A stretch of DNA of 12,128 bases, taken from positions 1-12,128 of the forward strand of contig JBHGNT010001096.1 in the NCBI GenBank assembly GCA_043228905.1, in the 5' to 3' direction. The stretch comes from Azolla caroliniana. Taxonomy: Eukaryota > Plantae > Polypodiophyta. Shown one piece after another: positions 6,944 through 12,128 of this stretch; position 1 is the stretch's first letter, and each line of letters starts with the position of its first letter. The notes under the pieces are model-generated. The model was not told where the DNA came from. It was given only the letters and a program-made list of their open reading frames with translations, and did not search any database. Made by a program: the position numbers and the translations under genes.

Positions 6944-9116
6944 ACTCCGGCATGGGATGTTTCGTCAGCCAAATCCGTGTTCGGCATGTGTGCAGCTTGT
7001 CGTGTGTTAGCACTTTGGTCAGCATGTCCGACCCGTTCTCCTCCGTGTGTATTTTAGTCAGCACGAACTATTGATCTTCTACTCTTTCCTGGATCCAGTG
7101 GTACATCCGCTGGATAAGTTTCGTTTGGGAATGGTAGGCCACGTTCTTTGCAAGGTGGATGGCACTCTAACTGTCACAATATAGCCGATATTCCTCCTGT
7201 CAAATCCCTAGCTCACCGATGAAGTCCTTCATCCAGATTATTTCCTTGCCGGCTTCCACAACTGCCATGTACTCCGCTTCTGTGGTTGACAACGCAACCG
7301 TCTTCTACAGTCTTGATTGCCACGAGATAGCCCCCCCTGCATAAGTCATGAAATATCCGGATATCGACCAACTGGTATCCGCATCAGCCGACATATCCGA
7401 ATCCGTGAATCCGTCAAGTTGGGGATTACCGGAGCCGAATCGGAGGCACATGCTCAAGGTGCCTTTCAAATACCGGAGTATCCACTTGACCGCGTTCCAG
7501 TGCTCTCTTTCGGGATTGCCCATGAACCGGCTCACCACTCCAACTGCATATTTGATATCCGACCGGGTACATACCATCGCGTACATCAAGCTTCCAACGG
7601 CAGAGGCATATGGTATCTTCATCATATCTTCCTTCTCTGCCTTTGTCCTTGGGCTCTGCTTTCCAGATAGCTTGCAATTTGCCGAAAATGTCGATCCGAC
7701 CGGTTTCTCATCCGACATGTTGAACCATTGAAGCACCTTCATCACGTACTTTTCCTATGACAGCCACAATAGCTTCTTCAACCGGTCCCAGATGATGTGC
7801 ATCCCCAATATTTGTCTTGCCTGACCCAGGTCTTTAAAAGAGAAGTTCCGGTTCAGAGCCTTCTTCAGCATCCGACAATCAACATATCATCCACATATAG
7901 GAGGAGTATCAAGAAATCTCCTCCGTCGAATTTCTTCACAAACACACAGTGATTAGCCTGCGTCTTGTGGTACCCTTCGTCGGTCATGAAGCAGTCGAAC
8001 TTCTGGTACCATTGTCGGGGAGCTTGCTTCAGTCTATATAGGCTCTTCTTCAGTCGGCACACCAGGTGCTCCTTCCCTTTCTTCTCAAATCCTTCCAGTT
8101 GATGCATGTAGATCTCTTCTTTGAGGTCACCATGGAGGAATGTCGTCTTCACGTCCAGTTGCTCTACCTCGAGGTCCATGCTTGCCGCTATGCCCAATAC
8201 CATCCGGATGGATGTCATCTTTACTACCGGGGCAAAGATCTCATCGAAATCCACTCCTTTCTTCTGTTGGAAGCCCTTCACCACGATTCGGGACTTATAC
8301 CTAGGTGGGTTTCCGGCATCTCCCAGTTTCAACTTGTACACCCACTTATTCCGGAGTGCTCTCTTCCCTTTCAGCGACTCCGTCAGTTCATATGTGTGGT
8401 TCTCATGCAGGGAATCCATCTCATCCTGCATGGCACTCAACCACTTGCGACTGTGGGTGTCTCTCTTTGCTTCTTCGAAGCTTTCTGGCTCCCCCTCATC
8501 AATTAGCAACACATGCTCTACATCCGGAAATCTCCGGGGGGCTCTTCTTTCTCGGAGAGGATATCTCCATCCCTGGTTTCTGACTACCGGTTCCTCCATT
8601 TGTTCCGAATCCGAATCCAATTCGGGATCTTGTCTGGTTCCGGTGTCCTCTTCTTCTTCTTCTTCTTCTTCTTCTTCTTCAGTCGGTTCGGTTTCTTGTC
8701 CGAATCCGGGCGGTTCGTCGAGTGTCATCTGGTTACCAGCTAACATCCGACTTTCAACCGGGTAGGTCCTTGGGTCCTCAAGCTGGTTTTCATTAGATGA
8801 TCTGGAGTTGGTCATCTTCTTCTCCGACTCCCAGTCAGCAATGGTCCTGTCTTCCATGAAGACTATGTCCTGACTCCGGAACACCTTCTTGTCGACCAGA
8901 TCCCACACCCGGTAACCGAACTCATCATCGTCGTATCTAAGGAATATGCATGGCCTAGACTAAGGATCCAACTTTGCTCTCCTTTCCTTCGCCACATGCA
9001 CGTATGCGAGACACCCGAACACCTTCAGATGCCGGTAAGAGACATCTTTACCAGTCCATACTTTCTAAGGTGAGTCTCCTTCCAAGGGTGCTAAGGGTGA
9101 TCTATTTATCACATAG
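6942..9116 (-). pseudogene. pol: Copia pol pseudogene (integrase C-terminus, RT, RNase H)
   Basis: Track fragments 7865-8908 and 7305-7745 match Pol of A. Premature stops at 9065, 8960, 7755, 7305, 7200, 7167 and 7068. A 22-bp frameshifting deletion lies at about 7870, and the natural stop is at 6942-6944. Confidence 0.95.
8651..8680. repeat. (TTC)10 microsatellite giving a poly-Glu expansion in the INT-RT linker of D
   Basis: Ten perfect TTC units, where A and C have only GAAGAAGAY. Confidence 0.9.
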
Positions 9117-9718
9117 TGTTGGAATTACGGTTCCTTCGGATGGGATGGTCGGATGTCAATGCCGACGAGCCCGGTTTCGGTTTCGGATCCGGATGACGAA
9201 GACCCCGGCTTCGGTGCCGGATGACGGATGTACCCGGAGAGCGATCCGGATGCAGGGACATATCCGTGAATATGTTCGCTATGGGCCCCTGAGGCTATAG
9301 TCGTAAATAGCCCAAAGTCATATAAGTATAAATATGACTTAGGGCAAACAGTTTTGTTGGTTGCTACTCATTTTTCTGTTTTTCCACTCAAGAGGAGTGA
9401 AGAGAGAGCAGCCGTGAGAGAGAGAGAGAGATAGAGCGCGAGAGAGGAAGAGGTAGACGCCTCTGTGTATTTCCGCCGCCTGTGGCGAGAACAGCGAGCT
9501 CAAGGTCGTCGCCTTGCAGCTCGTCATTGTATACTTCTCTTTGTATAGTGTTGTTTGGAGCCTAGTACTCCCGTGGTTTTTCCCATCTAGGGTTTTCCAC
9601 GTTAATCCCTGTGTACTCGTGTGTTTCTCTCTTTGGTTCCTATTTTCTGCTCCATTGATCCGCGATTAATCGGTTGTGGCCGAGCGGAGAAGGTGAATAG
9701 AAGAGTCGATTCTCAACA
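9117..9718 (+). repeat. 5' LTR of element C (602 bp)
   Basis: TGTTG...CAACA termini, PBS after a 3-bp spacer, homologous to LTR A. Confidence 0.93.
9327..9334 (+). promoter_or_regulatory. Putative TATA box of LTR C
   Basis: TATAAATA conserved in the three LTRs. Confidence 0.7.
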
Positions 9719-9721
9719 AAC

Positions 9722-9733
9722 TGGTATCAGAGC
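9722..9733 (+). other. Primer binding site (initiator tRNA-Met)
   Basis: TGGTATCAGAGC, the canonical plant tRNA-iMet PBS, just after the LTR CA. Confidence 0.96.
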
Positions 9734-9748
9734 GAACTGCTGCAGAAA

Positions 9749-12128
9749 ATGGAAGGCGGCGGCAGCGGGCAGCCGGGGATGATGGTGCTAAATGCACAAA
9801 ATTACGCCGACTGGAAGATCAAGATGGAGGATCTTCTGATTGTTTGGGACCTGTACGAACCGATTGACAGGTCGGAAATACCGAAAGGGGTACTTGAGTC
9901 GGAGTGGAAGCTCCTGAACCGGAAAGCCGTAGCGACGATCCGACAATATGTCGATGTAAGCGTACTACAACATGTTGCAAACGACACCAACGCATATGAG
10001 ATGTGGAAGAAGCTGTCGGGCCTCTACGAGAGGAAGAATGCGTTGAACCGGACCTCCCTGATGAGGAAGATAGTGAATCTCAAGTACCGGGACGGCGAGA
10101 GTATGGTGGAACACGTAAGCACGTTCATGGGATTCGTGAACCAGCTTGCGGCGATCAAGTTCCCGTTGGAGGATGCAATGCAAGCCATCATCCTTATGTG
10201 TACATTGCCGGAAAGCTGGGAGAACTTGGTGGTGACTCTCAGCACCTCGTGCACCGAAGATAACTTGTCCTTACAAATGGTAAAGACAAGTATTTTGAAC
10301 GAAGAAGCGCGTCGGAGAGATAAAGAACCGGCCTCCGACACGAAGGCGCTGCTTACCGAATCGGATCGGGGAAGACAATGGAACCGGAGTCCGCAAAGAC
10401 GGGAGAAGTCGGGGACCCGGTCGCAGTCAAGAGGAAGGCCTACATGCTTCCACTGTGGGAAGCCGGGGCACTTCCGAAAGAATTGTCGGCATTACCGAAA
10501 AGACAACGGAGCCGACGACACCGATTCGAAGAAGTCACCGGAGAGAAACGGTGCATACCGGGGAGCCACGGACCGGAGAGGTTCGGATCGGCGAGGGCAG
10601 GACCGGAAAGGAACAACGGCACTCGCGGCAAGTGAGGAAGAAATCATGCTCATCACCGAAGAAGGTGAACTAAACATTGCCGGCGATGAGACGACCTGGG
10701 TGGTCGATTCCGGAGCATCGTTCCACCTGACCCCGGAGAGAAGATACTTCTCATCCTACACAGCCGGTGAGCATGGCTGTGTTCGGATGGGAAATGAAGG
10801 TACGTGCCGGATTGCCGGCATCGGAGACGTGTGGTTGACAACCCCGACCGGATGCAAAATGCTGCTAAAGGATGTCCGACACGTTCCGGAGGTCCGATTG
10901 AACCTGATCTCGGCCGGGAGGCTAGACGATGAAGGCTACACGGGTAGCATCCGGAACGGTGTCATGAAGTTCAGCAAAGGGAGCCTGATAGTGGCTCGGG
11001 CCCGGAAGGTCAACACACTGTACCTGATGAATTCCCGGCTATGTCCGGAGGAGCTGAACGTGGCAGCCGACACTGCCGGTGAGCTGTGGCACAAGAGACT
11101 GTGCCACATGAGTGAGAAGGGGATGAAGAGGCTTGCAGAAGACAACCTTATTCCAGTGAAACAAGTGCACCTGGAGAAGTGCACCGACTGCCTGGCCGGT
11201 AAGCAGAACCGAGCCTCCTTCCACTCAAGGCCACCGACGAGACGTAGCGCACCATTGGAGTTGGTGCACACTGATGTGTGTCAGGTAGAAACAAAGTCAC
11301 ATGGCGGAGCCCAGTACTTCGTAACGTTCATCGATGATTACAGTCGGAAGCTGTGGACGGCACCGTTGAAGACAAAGGACCAAGTGTTGTGCGTCTTCAA
11401 AGAACTTCACGCGAGAGTGGAAAGGGAATCCGGCAAGAAGCTGAAAGCGATACGAGCGGATAACGGAGGGGAATACCGGGGGCAGTTCCAGGAGTACTGT
11501 CGCTCGAAGGGAATCCGACTCGAGTTTACTGTGCCGAAGACGCCGGAACTGAACGGGCTGGCCGAGAGGATGAACCGGACCATAATGGAGAGGGTCCGGA
11601 GTATGCTGGCGCATGCGATATTACCCAAGGGATTTTGGGCTGAGGCAATGTCGACGGCGACGTATGTGATAAATAGATCACCCTCAGTACCTTTGGACGG
11701 AGACACGCCGCAGAGAGTGTGGACCGGTAAGGAAGTGTCCTACCGGCATCTGAAGGTGTTCGGGTGTCTCGCATACGTACATGTGGCAAAGGACCGGAGA
11801 GGAAAGCTAGATCCGAAGACCCGGCCATGCATATTCCTCGGTTACGGCGACGATGAGTTCGGCTACCGAGTATGGGACCCGGTCGACAAAAAGATATTCA
11901 GGAGTCGAGACATCATCTTCATGGAGGACAAGACACTCGCCGACTGGGAGTCGGAGAAGAAGATGAAGAGCTCCAAGTCGACCGGTGAGGATCAACTCTA
12001 CGAGGAGCAGTCCCGACCGGCAAGGGACCGGTTAGCACTCGAGGATCTGGCCGAAGACGGTGAAGAAACCGAACCGGCCGAAGAAGACGAAAATGATACC
12101 GGAACCGGCCCCGATCCCGAAATGGATT
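9749..12128 (+). CDS. gag-pol: Copia Gag-Pol polyprotein (Gag, zinc knuckle, protease, integrase), 3'-partial; absent from the ORF track
   Basis: Manual translation from ATG 9749: MEGGGSGQPGMMVLNAQNYADWKIKMEDLL...TLPESWENLV...ILNEEARRR; CFHCGKPGHFRKNC (10445-10486); protease WVVDSGASFHLT (D at 10706). Bases 10868-12128 are colinear with 1-1261, with no indel or stop. Confidence 0.96.
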   Translation, partial: MEGGGSGQPGMMVLNAQNYADWKIKMEDLLIVWDLYEPIDRSEIPKGVLESEWKLLNRKAVATIRQYVDVSVLQHVANDTNAYEMWKKLSGLYERKNALNRTSLMRKIVNLKYRDGESMVEHVSTFMGFVNQLAAIKFPLEDAMQAIILMCTLPESWENLVVTLSTSCTEDNLSLQMVKTSILNEEARRRDKEPASDTKALLTESDRGRQWNRSPQRREKSGTRSQSRGRPTCFHCGKPGHFRKNCRHYRKDNGADDTDSKKSPERNGAYRGATDRRGSDRRGQDRKGTTALAASEEEIMLITEEGELNIAGDETTWVVDSGASFHLTPERRYFSSYTAGEHGCVRMGNEGTCRIAGIGDVWLTTPTGCKMLLKDVRHVPEVRLNLISAGRLDDEGYTGSIRNGVMKFSKGSLIVARARKVNTLYLMNSRLCPEELNVAADTAGELWHKRLCHMSEKGMKRLAEDNLIPVKQVHLEKCTDCLAGKQNRASFHSRPPTRRSAPLELVHTDVCQVETKSHGGAQYFVTFIDDYSRKLWTAPLKTKDQVLCVFKELHARVERESGKKLKAIRADNGGEYRGQFQEYCRSKGIRLEFTVPKTPELNGLAERMNRTIMERVRSMLAHAILPKGFWAEAMSTATYVINRSPSVPLDGDTPQRVWTGKEVSYRHLKVFGCLAYVHVAKDRRGKLDPKTRPCIFLGYGDDEFGYRVWDPVDKKIFRSRDIIFMEDKTLADWESEKKMKSSKSTGEDQLYEEQSRPARDRLALEDLAEDGEETEPAEEDENDTGTGPDPEMD

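Larger units (their letters stand above)
6439..9116 (-). mobile_element. Degenerate Ty1/copia element D (same group as A and C), interrupted at 9116 by element C; left end 6439 or 6469
   Basis: The reverse strand aligns to A from about base 795 through pol, PPT and LTR. Homology stops exactly at the TG of LTR C. Confidence 0.92.
9117..12128 (+). mobile_element. Ty1/copia LTR retrotransposon C (Tto1-like), 5' part; continues beyond the window
   Basis: LTR, PBS and open gag-pol. Inserted in D with candidate left TSD CATAG (9112-9116). Confidence 0.96.

Noticed and set aside
6606-7074. ORFs 6606-6902 and 6775-7074
   Set aside because: They are translations of microsatellite and tandem repeats in LTR D.
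9722-9733. tRNA gene fragment
   Set aside because: Only the 12-nt primer binding site is present, with no cloverleaf.
10625-10680. Splice donor for a subgenomic gag mRNA
   Set aside because: Such splicing is known in some copia elements, but the GT sites here are weak and cannot be supported without transcripts.
10868-12128. Assembly duplication of 1-1261, or A and C being one element
   Set aside because: About 5% mostly synonymous divergence and clearly different LTRs indicate separate copies.

Overview
Plant-type retrotransposon cluster with no recognisable host gene. There are three Ty1/copia elements of the Tnt1/Tto1 (Tork-like) group. A (+, 1-3568) has an intact pol 3' part, PPT and 3' LTR. 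D (-, about 6439/6469-9116) has a decayed pol with 7 stops and a frameshift, plus PPT and 3' LTR. C (+, 9117-12128) has a 5' LTR, tRNA-iMet PBS and an intact gag-pol running off the window; the ORF track misses it because it has no stop. C is inserted into the integrase region of D. A is inserted into a fourth unit, B (3569-about 6433/6468): a long orphan ORF (about 809 codons from the junction, basic patches, long predicted coiled coil, Q/P tail) followed by LTR-like non-coding DNA, most likely an accessory ORF of another retroelement. The most notable signals are this ORF, a strong CCGG excess, a hairpin enclosing the TATA box in all three copia LTRs, and LTRs that diverge much faster than pol. 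I see no evidence for CRISPR, RNA genes or a prokaryotic system.
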